DNA of 64,000 bases from Sedimentisphaerales bacterium (GTDB taxonomy: Bacteria > Planctomycetota > Phycisphaerae > Sedimentisphaerales > SM23-30): NCBI GenBank assembly GCA_963666285.1, contig OY762711.1; one strand, written 5' to 3'. Made by a program: the position numbers and the translations under genes. The notes beneath the pieces are model-generated. The model was given only the letters and a program-made list of their open reading frames with translations, searched no databases and was not told the origin of the DNA. This document shows positions 50,612 to 60,538 of the stretch, one piece after another (position 1 is the stretch's first letter; every line of letters starts with the position of its first letter).

Positions 50612-51607
50612 ATGAAAGCTTTTGCGTGCAATATATTGTTCGGTACTGTTATATTTCTTATTTTCCCCGCTTTGCTGTCTGGCTCAGAAAAACAGAATAT
50701 TGCGTTTGGCAAAGATTCTCGTCTCTGGCTTGATAACGGTGTAGTCAAGCTCGCGGTAGACAAGGATTACGGCGGTGCTATTATGTACGCATCTCCGTCA
50801 GACAGCAGCGAAAATATGATAAATATCCACGATCTCGGCCGCGAGATTCAGCAGTCGTATTATGCCGGCAAAGATTTCAACCGGCAGGATTCCGGCCAGA
50901 GCAAAAACTGGAGCCCGTGGCCCTGGAACCCTGTCCAGGCCGGAAACTGCGACCATGACAAATCCGTCATCCTGAACTTTGAAACCCAAAACGACAACTC
51001 CGTTATCTATGTCAAATGTCAGCCTCGGCTCTGGGATATGACCGAAGAAATTGCACAGTGTTATTTCCATCAATATATGCAGTTCGAAGAGGGGATGGAC
51101 AATGTCATTTGCGTCACCAATAAAATCGAATGTTTTCGGGACTCCGATGATCTCTGGACCGAATCTGCTTCACGAAGCCAGGAGCTGCCCGCCGTTTATC
51201 CTGTTCGAGATTTGAGCAGGCTCGTAATATACGACGGCGATAAACCTTGGCAAAACGAAAAGCTCACTAATGTTACCTATGGCCCCGATGATAAATGGAT
51301 TTGGGTCAGGCGCAAGCCCACCGAACCTTGGGCCGCATGTGTCAGCCCTGCAACTAATATTGGTCTAGGCGTATACAGTCCCGAAGGTTCCGGCAATACC
51401 TGGAATATGGGTTGGGTCGGTTCACCCAATGGCAAGGAAAAAGATGCTCCAACTATGCATTTCGCCCCGCTTAATAACTGGAAACTGGAAAGAGACAGCG
51501 TCAGGGAATATAAATACTGGATTATCATCGGCAAGCTTGACGATATACGTTCAAGAGTATACGAGCTTCACAAAAAATATCCGGCGAAAAAGGAAAAATC
51601 TGAATGA
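50612..51607 (+). CDS. Secreted hypothetical protein
   Basis: Signal-like N-terminus after AAGGA; NIHDLGREIQQSYYAG, WPWNPVQAG. Confidence 0.7.
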   Translation: MKAFACNILFGTVIFLIFPALLSGSEKQNIAFGKDSRLWLDNGVVKLAVDKDYGGAIMYASPSDSSENMINIHDLGREIQQSYYAGKDFNRQDSGQSKNWSPWPWNPVQAGNCDHDKSVILNFETQNDNSVIYVKCQPRLWDMTEEIAQCYFHQYMQFEEGMDNVICVTNKIECFRDSDDLWTESASRSQELPAVYPVRDLSRLVIYDGDKPWQNEKLTNVTYGPDDKWIWVRRKPTEPWAACVSPATNIGLGVYSPEGSGNTWNMGWVGSPNGKEKDAPTMHFAPLNNWKLERDSVREYKYWIIIGKLDDIRSRVYELHKKYPAKKEKSE

Positions 51608-52101
51608 AAGATAAATTGAGCTTCAAAGACTGGTCTTACGTGACACTCTGCTGTCTCGGCGGTGCTTCTGTCGGTGGCTATTTCGGTAAGATGACAGGCG
51701 ATTTTTATGCTGAAGGGGATCTTGGGATAGATATCTTGAAGTATATCGGTTTAGTTGTCGGCATAATTGCCGGTATTGTCGCTGCCCGTTTGTTCGCTTT
51801 GTATATTTTTGAATGTAGAGGTGTGCAAAAAAACTTTATTGTCTGTTCTGCCACTGGCAAAGGGATCAAGTACGGCCTATTCTCAGCTCTGACGGTCCAT
51901 ATTGTTTCCATTATTTTTAGTTTTTTCATATTCTATAGAGTGAATTCTTTTTTACTGTTAGCTTTAATAATCGGTTCTGTTATTGGTATTGTTTCTGGCC
52001 TGTTTGCTGGTTTTTTGCTTGCTCTGCTCGCTTTGGCTTTTGGCTATCATCGACCCATGCTCCAAAAAACACTTTCCTTGGATGAAGTACTGTCAAACTG
52101 A
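51604..52101 (+). CDS. Hypothetical membrane protein (about 4 TM)
   Basis: Gly-rich hydrophobic segments; ATGA overlap with the upstream gene. Confidence 0.7.
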   Translation: MKDKLSFKDWSYVTLCCLGGASVGGYFGKMTGDFYAEGDLGIDILKYIGLVVGIIAGIVAARLFALYIFECRGVQKNFIVCSATGKGIKYGLFSALTVHIVSIIFSFFIFYRVNSFLLLALIIGSVIGIVSGLFAGFLLALLALAFGYHRPMLQKTLSLDEVLSN

Positions 52102-52270
52102 CCATTGATTCGTAATTTCCAACCAACCCAACATGTCATTATATTATCAGAGCCGCGACCGGGAGAAAGCGGGACATTCGGCGAAGCCGTTTAAACAAGG
52201 TTGCGCAGCAACACCACTCTTCACTTCTTCCCTTGCCGTTTTTCCACTTTTCCGCTATAATAACAAACTT

Positions 52271-53443
52271 ATGAACTCGTATGCGTTTAAAGTTAGTATT
52301 ATGTTAATTGCTCTGCTGACCAGCTCTTATGTAGTTAAGGCCGACGACGGCCGCCTGGCCGCTGTCTACTTCTCGGACGGCACCGTTAAGCAGGGCAAAC
52401 TGTATCTCACCGCCGGACGCGACTTCAAGCTCAATATTCCCGAGGGCGGCTCGATCTATACCACTGATATGATTACCGGCGAACCGGTCAAATACGGCAA
52501 AGTACGCAGGTTCGACCTCGCCCCGGTCCGCAGTATCGAATTTTTCCCTCAGAAAGAACAGCTTATCCGCAAATGGCGGTTCACCGGCAAAACAAAATAC
52601 AACGAAGAGACCGCCGAGGCTGACTATACTCCGGCCCCCAAGGAATATTACGGCGAGCCGTACCCCGTCCGCTATCTCGCCGCGATTGTCACTTTCAACA
52701 GCGGCGAACAGATCGCCGGCCATCTCTACAGTACCATCGCATACCTCGACAGCGGCAGCCGGGTCGAAAAAATTCGTCTTACCCAAAAGAGCAGCGGCAG
52801 GGAAGGCCAGGCCCTGGACGACCTCGTTTATGTTACCAATATCAAAATGCTCGATCAGGGCAAACAGTTCGAGAGGTTCGTCACTCTCAAACCCGACGGC
52901 TTCGCTCTCGAACCAGGCGATGAATTCTTCGCCGTTACCGTCGACACCCTTACCCCGGTACCGGCCCGTTTCAACGGCGACAAATCCGCTGTAATGATAG
53001 AGGGCACATTCGGCGAAAAGTTTTACCTCGCCGTCAAACGAAAAGAAAAATATCTCGTCAGCTTTCCCGGCAAAGGCGATGGAACTCTGTATGAATTAGC
53101 ACAGAAACACATCGACAGCCTGCGAGACTTTTACAACGAGCGAAAACTGCAAGGCGTGATTCTCTCGCCCGACGGCAAAGAGCTGCTTTCTCTGGTTAAT
53201 ATCAGGCGGCGGTTCAGCCCGACCAATTACGGCGAGATAGGGGGCGAATGGGACAAACAAGTGGGCGGCATTGTTGAGCCGTGGCGGCTCAGCTTATGGC
53301 GCTGGAAATATGATAGTATTAACAATGAACTGCTGCTGACTGGGCGAGGCACATTTGACCGCAAGGTATTTCTGCCCGACGATCCGTCACCGCAGTCGGA
53401 GATTTCGGAGAGTTTATGGAACTGGATAGAGCCGTTCAAATAG
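52271..53443 (+). CDS. Secreted hypothetical protein
   Basis: Signal peptide from ATG 52271; the longer ORF-track start runs through a hairpin-rich intergenic element. Confidence 0.65.
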   Translation: MNSYAFKVSIMLIALLTSSYVVKADDGRLAAVYFSDGTVKQGKLYLTAGRDFKLNIPEGGSIYTTDMITGEPVKYGKVRRFDLAPVRSIEFFPQKEQLIRKWRFTGKTKYNEETAEADYTPAPKEYYGEPYPVRYLAAIVTFNSGEQIAGHLYSTIAYLDSGSRVEKIRLTQKSSGREGQALDDLVYVTNIKMLDQGKQFERFVTLKPDGFALEPGDEFFAVTVDTLTPVPARFNGDKSAVMIEGTFGEKFYLAVKRKEKYLVSFPGKGDGTLYELAQKHIDSLRDFYNERKLQGVILSPDGKELLSLVNIRRRFSPTNYGEIGGEWDKQVGGIVEPWRLSLWRWKYDSINNELLLTGRGTFDRKVFLPDDPSPQSEISESLWNWIEPFK

Positions 53444-54231
53444 CACAAGATGCCGCACGCGCGGCCGGAATATATGCAAGTCAAAATATCGCCGCCGAAA
53501 GCTACGCCAAGGAATGCGACAACTCGATTGTCACCGCGATTGATGTCAAATGTCAGGCGATGATCATCGAACAGCTTCAGGCTGCCTTCCCCGACATCGG
53601 CATTATCGCCGAAGAGCCCGACGAAGGCTCCGGCCAGATGCTGCTCAAGGTACCGCCAACCGGCGAGCTCAACGCATACTGGGTTATCGACCCAATCGAC
53701 GGCACTCGCAACTTCGCCTTTGGTATGCCGTATTTCTGCGTCAGTATCGGCCTGCTCGTCGACGGCATGCCGGCCTGTGGCGTCGTATATTACCCAGAAT
53801 CCGATAAAATGTATCATGCCGTATCCGGCGGCCCGGCATTTTGCAATGAAAAGCAGATCACCGTCAAACAGGACACCATCCACCACAACACCCAGATCGC
53901 CGTATCCGGACTGCTCCATGAAGACTGGTCCTGGCCCCAGATCGAAAGCGTCTTCCAGGGCTGCGTCCATGCCAACCTCGGCTCCGCCGCATTGCATATG
54001 GCATATATCGCCGGTGGCCAGTATTCCGCAGGCATATTCCCACGCACCAAGCTCTGGGACGTCGCTGGTGGCGCAGCCATTATCTACGCCGCCGGTGGGA
54101 TAATGACCGATTATTCCGGCAGCAATATCTTCCCGTTCGACTGCGAAAACTACGATGGCTCTAAGGTCAAGGTCATCCTCGGCTGCGAAAATCTCGTCCG
54201 CGAAATGGTCAACCGTATCTCAAAAGTTTAG
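53416..54231 (+). CDS. Inositol monophosphatase family protein (SuhB-like)
   Basis: IIAEE, WVIDPIDGTRNF, LGSAAL, LWDVAGG. Confidence 0.92.
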   Translation: MELDRAVQIAQDAARAAGIYASQNIAAESYAKECDNSIVTAIDVKCQAMIIEQLQAAFPDIGIIAEEPDEGSGQMLLKVPPTGELNAYWVIDPIDGTRNFAFGMPYFCVSIGLLVDGMPACGVVYYPESDKMYHAVSGGPAFCNEKQITVKQDTIHHNTQIAVSGLLHEDWSWPQIESVFQGCVHANLGSAALHMAYIAGGQYSAGIFPRTKLWDVAGGAAIIYAAGGIMTDYSGSNIFPFDCENYDGSKVKVILGCENLVREMVNRISKV

Positions 54232-54248
54232 AAGGAACTGACACCAAT

Positions 54249-54290
54249 GTAGGGGGGCAATTTTCGCAGGCTTGTTTGCGAACTGCCCTC
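54249..54290 (+). repeat. GTAG-type REP-like hairpin
   Basis: GTAG followed by GGGCAATTTTCGCAGGC...GTTTGCGAACTGCCC imperfect inverted repeat just after the stop codon. Confidence 0.5.
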
Positions 54291-54311
54291 GCTGCCTTCT
54301 GTGAGCGAAAT

Positions 54312-54953
54312 ATGAATAAACCAAATATATATAGAATAAGTAGATCAATGGGAACTTATAGCCCAATAAAGTCATGGGCCATTGTTTCTGACATTATTAA
54401 TAGAGAGCCAGTATTTAATTGTGATAAATGTCATTCAACAAATAAATATAGGTATGATCTTTTGATACAGGGTTTTGATGATTTTAGAGATATTGACTAT
54501 TGCATGAAAGGTTTTATAGGCAGTTGCTGTCCATTGATTTCAACTCTTGAAAATATTGACAGGGCTGTAAATACCTTGACAGGTGTTAGTGCTATAAAGG
54601 TAGGATATTCTGAGTGGAATCAGGAAGGCAAAATCCCTAAAAACAAGCGATTTATGACAGAGCCTAAACTTTCAGCATTATTTGTTGATGCAATTTTGAA
54701 AGATATTGTTGGTGTTAATAGGAAACCAATTGAGATTTGTAGTGAATGTGGTCATAAGAAGGCTAATATGGTTACGAATTCTTCTGATGAACAATGCACT
54801 TTTCCAGTCTTTGAGTCATGGAACGGCGAAGATATGTTTACAATTAGTACTTTAGGTCAGTTTACCGGTACTATTATTACCGAGACAGGTGTGGAGAAGC
54901 TTAAGGAGCTTGGCATGATGGACCTTGTTCTGGAAGAAATTGAATGGGCTTAA
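54312..54953 (+). CDS. Hypothetical double-CxxC protein, resembles polymorphic-toxin immunity proteins
   Basis: CDKCH, CSECGH, C-terminal WNGEDMF...IITETGVEKLKELG; AT-rich. Confidence 0.55.
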   Translation: MNKPNIYRISRSMGTYSPIKSWAIVSDIINREPVFNCDKCHSTNKYRYDLLIQGFDDFRDIDYCMKGFIGSCCPLISTLENIDRAVNTLTGVSAIKVGYSEWNQEGKIPKNKRFMTEPKLSALFVDAILKDIVGVNRKPIEICSECGHKKANMVTNSSDEQCTFPVFESWNGEDMFTISTLGQFTGTIITETGVEKLKELGMMDLVLEEIEWA

Positions 54954-55026
54954 ATTAAAGTGTAATTAAAATGTGCTTACCATCTTTATTTTCAATTTAG
55001 ACATAATTTACGAAAAATAGCATTTT

Positions 55027-55329
55027 ATGCGTAAAAGAACTTTACTCAACTTAATGCAAATAATAGCTGCGATCTGTTTGTTTCCTCTTTTTTTTACTGT
55101 AATTAGTTTTATGGTAGCAGAAACACCGGAGCAGGCAAGACTGAATGGCCCGCCTTTCATTCCGGATAGCTGGGAAGCAGGTGTAATGAACCATGGTGAA
55201 TATTATCAATGGTATACGATATCAAACCATCCATTTGTTTTCCTTTTCTGCCTTATGGCATTTGTTTTTTTATACTTATTCATTGTTATTTCAGCTATAA
55301 TATGTACAAAGATTGAAAAGGATAATTAA
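55027..55329 (+). CDS. Small 2-TM hypothetical protein
   Basis: Two hydrophobic helices in a 100-aa ORF. Confidence 0.55.
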   Translation: MRKRTLLNLMQIIAAICLFPLFFTVISFMVAETPEQARLNGPPFIPDSWEAGVMNHGEYYQWYTISNHPFVFLFCLMAFVFLYLFIVISAIICTKIEKDN

Positions 55330-55520
55330 ATTTGCCAGGTGCCTTCATTATAAAATAAGGTAAAATAATCAAAGTGACCGATTTAATAGTTTGTTTTGCT
55401 CTAAACTGTGTAGTACAATATATCAAAATTTAAATTGGATGCCGTTTTGCGGCAATCTCTGGCTAACACCCAACACCCAATACCTCTCAAACAGACCTTT
55501 AGTCAGTTTAAGTAAATCTT

Positions 55521-56837
55521 ATGCAAAAAACAGACATATATTCTAGACGTTCTTTTATCAAAGCCGCCGGGCTCGCCGCCTGTTGCGTGCTTTCTTCTTC
55601 TTGTTGTTCAAATGCGGCCCAGCCTGATGTCCCGCTTCTGAAATGCTGGCTCGAGACCGGCCCGAAGGTACCTCAGCTCGACAGCTTCGATTCTGCCATG
55701 AAAGAGTTCATGCAGGCCCGCTCTATCCCCGGCGGCTCGCTCGCGGTTACCTGTCAGCAGCGGCTCGTTTTCGCACGCGGCTATACCGGCCTTGATGACG
55801 GCTATATCGTTCAGCCAGACTCGCTCTTTCGCATCGCCAGCGTCAGTAAGCCTGTCACTGCCGCCGCTGTTATGACACTCGTCCAGTCCGGCCAGCTGTC
55901 ACTGGACGCAAAAATGGTCGAAATGCTGCCCAAAGAGCTTCTCAGCCTCAAATACAAGGACACCCGCACCCAAAATATTACCATTCGCCATCTGCTCCAG
56001 CATCTTGGCGGCTGGAACCGTCTCGAAACTTTAGCGCCGATGTTCTACGACCGCCATATAGCAGACTCATTAAATGTTTCCTTACCTCTCTCAAAAATCG
56101 ACATCGTAAAATATATGGCAGATAAACCCCTCCAGTACGACCCCGGCACAACCCGCTCATACAATAACTACGGCTATATGCTGCTCGGCCTGATCATCGA
56201 AGCCGTTACCGGCCAGTCTTATGACGACTATGTCAAAAGTTCAATATTTAAACCGCTCGGTATCACCCGGCCCGTCATAGGTCGTTCTTTATTGGAGTAC
56301 CGTCAGCCCAACGAAGTTAAATACTATTCCTGCGATAGCAAAAAACAGAGTGTCTTTGATAAGAAATTAGACAATGTCCCGTTCCAATACGGAGGATTTA
56401 ACATCGAAAACATGGCCGCTCACGGCGGCTGGATTACCTCCGCAATCGACCTGGTACGCTTTGCCGCCGCTTTCGATAACCCCGACCAATGCCCGATTCT
56501 CTCCAAACCGGCAATTGATACCATGTTCGGGCTGCCTGCCAATATCGCTCCCGATCGGTACAAACCCGGAGATGGCTATTACGGCTGCGGTTGGTCCGTC
56601 CGCGACTGGCATAACGGCAATCGCAATACCTGGCATGGCGGCAGCCTGCCCGGCACCCACACGCTTCTGATCAGACGATGGAAAGACAACCTCAACTGGT
56701 GTGTTCTCTTCAACCAGCGGGACGATTCCAGCGGCTTAAACTATGGCGATATCGACGGCATGCTCCACGATGCCGCTAATTCAGTCAAACAATGGCCCGA
56801 CCACGACCTCTTCAGCCAATACCTGTCCCCGGCCTGA
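55521..56837 (+). CDS. Beta-lactamase-family serine hydrolase with Tat signal
   Basis: SRRSFIK; FRIASVSK (SxxK), LLQHLGG, YNN (YxN), HGGSLPG. Confidence 0.9.
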   Translation: MQKTDIYSRRSFIKAAGLAACCVLSSSCCSNAAQPDVPLLKCWLETGPKVPQLDSFDSAMKEFMQARSIPGGSLAVTCQQRLVFARGYTGLDDGYIVQPDSLFRIASVSKPVTAAAVMTLVQSGQLSLDAKMVEMLPKELLSLKYKDTRTQNITIRHLLQHLGGWNRLETLAPMFYDRHIADSLNVSLPLSKIDIVKYMADKPLQYDPGTTRSYNNYGYMLLGLIIEAVTGQSYDDYVKSSIFKPLGITRPVIGRSLLEYRQPNEVKYYSCDSKKQSVFDKKLDNVPFQYGGFNIENMAAHGGWITSAIDLVRFAAAFDNPDQCPILSKPAIDTMFGLPANIAPDRYKPGDGYYGCGWSVRDWHNGNRNTWHGGSLPGTHTLLIRRWKDNLNWCVLFNQRDDSSGLNYGDIDGMLHDAANSVKQWPDHDLFSQYLSPA

Positions 56838-57091
56838 GCTTAAAAGTAGCATAAGCGGGCTTGTCGAACCAAAGCTTTAGCGAAGATTGAAGCGAGTAAC
56901 CTTATAATAAATTCGTGTAAAAATGGTTAAAATCTTCGGCGTTAGCCAAGTTTGCGTAGCAACCCCTTAATTTTTGCCTTTTACCTGTATTCGCAACCCA
57001 TTTACTTTTCGTTCTTGCCCCCAAAGTGCCAGAGTGCGAAGCAAGAAATTATTATACTGCTTGATGAATGTTTATTACTTACAGCTGGCTG

Positions 57092-57961
57092 CTAAACTAA
57101 TTTCTTCTTCTTAACATCCAGTGTCAAAGATTTATTTAGCTTATGCGAATATTTAACTTTTTCAATCCGGTATTGGTCATCAAGGTCTATATGAACTAAT
57201 TCGCCTGATGGACAATGAATGCTGACATATCTTTCAATAACCTTATTTTTCCTGCTCAATCTTTCATTCCAGCTTATCTCTGTCCCCGGGAAAATGTGAT
57301 CCAGACGGTTCTTTTTATCATCAAAACAAGAACCGCGGAAGTAATCTTCTTTGTATTCATGTATATCTGAAAACAAGCAGGCAAAAACTGTTGCCTTGCC
57401 TTTATCCTTAACATCTGTCATAGCTTTAGGTACAATCGTATTTGCCAGTTTCGGTGTAATTAGTTTGAGCCCGTTCGATTTGAAAATATCATTGATCTTA
57501 GCTTCAATTTGAACTTCTCGTTTTGTTGATGGTCTATAAGGCAGTAACTCAATCTCGTCGATTTCTCGTATATATTTCATCAGATAGTAATCTGTCGAAT
57601 AATAGGGAAACAGCAGGCTCGACCATATTGTACATATCTTAGAGCCGCCTTTACATCTTTCCGCCAGCTCAATATCCCAGTCCATCCCGTCTTTAACACC
57701 GCCGTTCAAAATGATCTCATAATAGAAACTGCAATCTCCGATATCTTCTATTTTCGCTTTTGGATTCTTGATCCATTCAGCCATATCTTCGCTTATCAGC
57801 TCAGCTCCTCGTATCGGCTGCCTGGTCTTCTTATGTATCTCAGCTCCGATATTTTCCCATCTGGCTATATCTCCCATCGCGACTTTAAGCCTGTCGCACA
57901 GCTTGTCCCTGTTCTTGCCAAATAAACTATTCAATTCATTTATCAATTCTGCTTTTGTCAT
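57092..57961 (-). CDS. Hypothetical protein
   Basis: 289-aa ORF with AAGGA RBS; no recognised motif. Confidence 0.65.
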   Translation of the reverse strand: MTKAELINELNSLFGKNRDKLCDRLKVAMGDIARWENIGAEIHKKTRQPIRGAELISEDMAEWIKNPKAKIEDIGDCSFYYEIILNGGVKDGMDWDIELAERCKGGSKICTIWSSLLFPYYSTDYYLMKYIREIDEIELLPYRPSTKREVQIEAKINDIFKSNGLKLITPKLANTIVPKAMTDVKDKGKATVFACLFSDIHEYKEDYFRGSCFDDKKNRLDHIFPGTEISWNERLSRKNKVIERYVSIHCPSGELVHIDLDDQYRIEKVKYSHKLNKSLTLDVKKKKLV

Positions 57962-57981
57962 TTTTCAGATTCCTTTTTATT

Positions 57982-58008
57982 CCTGGGAACGCCGAGCACC
58001 AGCTCGGC
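57982..58008 (+). repeat. REP-like hairpin
   Basis: CCTGGGAAC then GCCGAGC-acca-GCTCGGC perfect 7-bp stem. Confidence 0.5.
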
Positions 58009-58154
58009 AAAGATTGTTGCCAGTCGTTTAAAAGTGACATCTCAGAAACTAATTTTATATTTCCCCGCATCCTCGCGAGCAAAAAACATATACTACAAAC
58101 ACTGTAAACCAAAAAGCCAAAAGGGATCTACTCCGATTTTTCATCCTTCATACT

Positions 58155-59174
58155 TTAACTTCTGCTTCTCGCTCTTATCTCCATCGGCAATATACTCGAA
58201 TACACAAACCGGTTCACCGGCACATCGACTCCCAGCTCTTCGCCCAGCCGCACAACCGTACCGTTCTGATACTCGATCTCTGACGGCCTGCCCGCCAGCA
58301 CATCCCTCGTCAGCGAACAGTTCGAATCATACGGACACTTATCTATTATCGCCATCGTCTTTTCCACCACATTCGGCATCGGCGTCACTCCCTTAGCGAT
58401 CGCTACATTATTAACCTCCGTCATAAGCTCAATCATCATCTTTCTGGTCTCCGGTATCTCCCTCAGCGGACCATAGGTGCTGTTACTTACTACCAGCAGA
58501 CCGCTCGTACATATGAATGTAAACTTCTGCCATATCGCGGCAATAATATCGTCCGGAACCTTGCAATTGACACCCGCATCATCGAACACTTTTTGAATTT
58601 TCAGAACCCGCTCAGACTTCTCATTACTGGGCTCACCAAGCTCTATTGTTGGGTTCACGCCAAAATGGGTGATTACCCCCGGCATATCCGCCTTACTAAA
58701 GATTCGACATAGCCCGCATAACGCCGCGCTATAGCCGTCACCCGCCGCACCTGTGCCGTGGCCGTTCGTTAGCTCGTTTTGCGCCGCGCTGCCTCCGTTC
58801 AACGCCGTACTACTGCCGCGGTTGTTCGTTAATACGCCGTTAAGCTCCTCGGTCGACAAGACACCGTTTTGCAGCGGCAGTACCGCCGTACCAGCGCCGC
58901 AGATGCTTTGTATCTGCTCCGCGGCCTCCCGAACCTGCCACGATTTCACGCCGAGCACAACCAGCTCTACTTCACCTATCTCCGACACATTATCTGTCAC
59001 CTGAACTTCGGGTATAAAAAAATCGCCGTCTACACTCTTTACCGTCAGCCCGTTTTTACGCATCGCCTCCAGCGTCGCACCTCGTGCGACAAACGTAACG
59101 TCGTTACCCGCTTGTGCCAGCTTACCGCCGAAATATCCGCCGACCCCGCCGGCTCCTATCACTGCTATCTTCAT
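58155..59174 (-). CDS. panE: 2-dehydropantoate 2-reductase with an in-frame low-complexity insertion
   Basis: IGAGGVGGYFG, LGVKS, LPLQNG, IWQKF, SLTRD, EIEYQNG. Confidence 0.92.
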   Translation of the reverse strand: MKIAVIGAGGVGGYFGGKLAQAGNDVTFVARGATLEAMRKNGLTVKSVDGDFFIPEVQVTDNVSEIGEVELVVLGVKSWQVREAAEQIQSICGAGTAVLPLQNGVLSTEELNGVLTNNRGSSTALNGGSAAQNELTNGHGTGAAGDGYSAALCGLCRIFSKADMPGVITHFGVNPTIELGEPSNEKSERVLKIQKVFDDAGVNCKVPDDIIAAIWQKFTFICTSGLLVVSNSTYGPLREIPETRKMMIELMTEVNNVAIAKGVTPMPNVVEKTMAIIDKCPYDSNCSLTRDVLAGRPSEIEYQNGTVVRLGEELGVDVPVNRFVYSSILPMEIRARSRS

Positions 59175-59430
59175 AATATCGTTTCTTTATCTTAAAGTTT
59201 ACTTTTGCAGTTTTTAAGTTGCAAAAATCGCCTAAAAGGGCCTTCCTGCAACGCTTATTTTTAAACAAAGCGTGAGACGATAGTCGAACACCTGAATTTT
59301 TCACTTTTCATTATTCATTTTTCACTTAATTGGCTCTGTTCTGGCCTTTGCGTGTAATGTTGAACAGTCAAAATTGCTCTAGGTTCAAATGATTATAACA
59401 CTCTGCAAAACGTAAGTACAATAAATATAA

Positions 59431-59460
59431 GGCTCAACATACAATCAAATATGTTGAGCC
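59431..59460. terminator. Hairpin, probable terminator for the minus-strand gene 59567-60538
   Basis: GGCTCAACATA-caatcaaa-TATGTTGAGCC perfect 11-bp stem. Confidence 0.55.
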
Positions 59461-59566
59461 CTGTATAAATTACTTTGTAATATTTAAGTGAATTTTTGCG
59501 TAAGCCTTTAAATTAAGGTCCCGATGTATATCGGGACAAACTTCTTTACCTTTTTTATTTTACACT

Positions 59567-60538
59567 TTACTCTTTATTTACCATCCACTCCGAAGCCAGC
59601 ACCGCAAAGTCTGCCAGGTTTACGACACAGTCGTTACCGCCAAGATCAGCCGCCAGCGGACACGGCAGCATATCAGAACTTTCCAGCCATTGGTTAGTCA
59701 TTACCTGCAAGTCATTTATGCCGACCTCACAATCATTATCCGCCAGGTCGCCCTTGTATTTACAGCTGTTAACTGAGAAACTGCCTTCAGCTTTTATCGT
59801 ACCAACAACCGTCATATCAATCTGAACTTCATAGCCTTCTTCCTCATCAGCCTGCGTCAGCATTGTCTGGCTCATATCTATTGGTATTATCAGCTCAACG
59901 TGATAATAATCCAGGTTGCCGATAGTATAATCATAGCTGACTGTCAGGCTCCCTTGAGCGTCAACAGTAGTAGGAGAGCTCGGCTCTGTTCCATAGTCCA
60001 TGTTCTGGTCAAACATGCCGCTTGCCAGGCCTGTACCGTAAATTGTTGTTGTTCCTTGGTTAACTACTGCATAATGCTCACTCACTTCGAATGCGGTCCC
60101 TGTGACGGTGCCAAGCCCCGGCATAAATGTGCCCGGGTACCCGGCAATATCGCTATTGGTCACCGTAATACCTCCCAATGCTCCGTAATCAAAAACAAAC
60201 TCCGTATCGCTCATTGCCACCTCGCCGCCGTTAAACGCCAGTGAGCCGACAGCCGCGTTTTTTGTATCATCAAAATCAATTATCATTCCGGCATTGAAAT
60301 ATCCCGATACTGTTGCACTGTCTGAATCCGAATTGCCTATATCAACCTGGATATCTCCAAAAATAGTTGATACTGTCACATAACCGGACGTACTGATTGT
60401 TGCGTCAAAAGTATTAATGTTTTGTTCTGGCGGCGAAATATCAAGCGTAACAAAAACATTTTTAGCTTCTGTCGTTCCTGCCGCAACTGGCAGTATGCAT
60501 AGTAACATCATCCTGAAAAAAGACTTACCTGTCTTCAT
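59567..60538 (-). CDS. Secreted beta-rich protein with dockerin-like C-terminus
   Basis: Signal peptide; GDLADNDCEVGINDLQVMTNQWL...ADLGGNDCVVNLADFAVLASEW. Confidence 0.78.
   Translation of the reverse strand: MKTGKSFFRMMLLCILPVAAGTTEAKNVFVTLDISPPEQNINTFDATISTSGYVTVSTIFGDIQVDIGNSDSDSATVSGYFNAGMIIDFDDTKNAAVGSLAFNGGEVAMSDTEFVFDYGALGGITVTNSDIAGYPGTFMPGLGTVTGTAFEVSEHYAVVNQGTTTIYGTGLASGMFDQNMDYGTEPSSPTTVDAQGSLTVSYDYTIGNLDYYHVELIIPIDMSQTMLTQADEEEGYEVQIDMTVVGTIKAEGSFSVNSCKYKGDLADNDCEVGINDLQVMTNQWLESSDMLPCPLAADLGGNDCVVNLADFAVLASEWMVNKE

Noticed and set aside
55521..56837. Antibiotic-resistance beta-lactamase
   Set aside because: Motifs fit the broad serine hydrolase/esterase family; resistance cannot be inferred from them.
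50500..58000. Integron cassette array
   Set aside because: No integrase, and no paired RYYYAAC/GTTRRRY attC ends could be matched (ACCCAAC at 52126 has no complementary partner).
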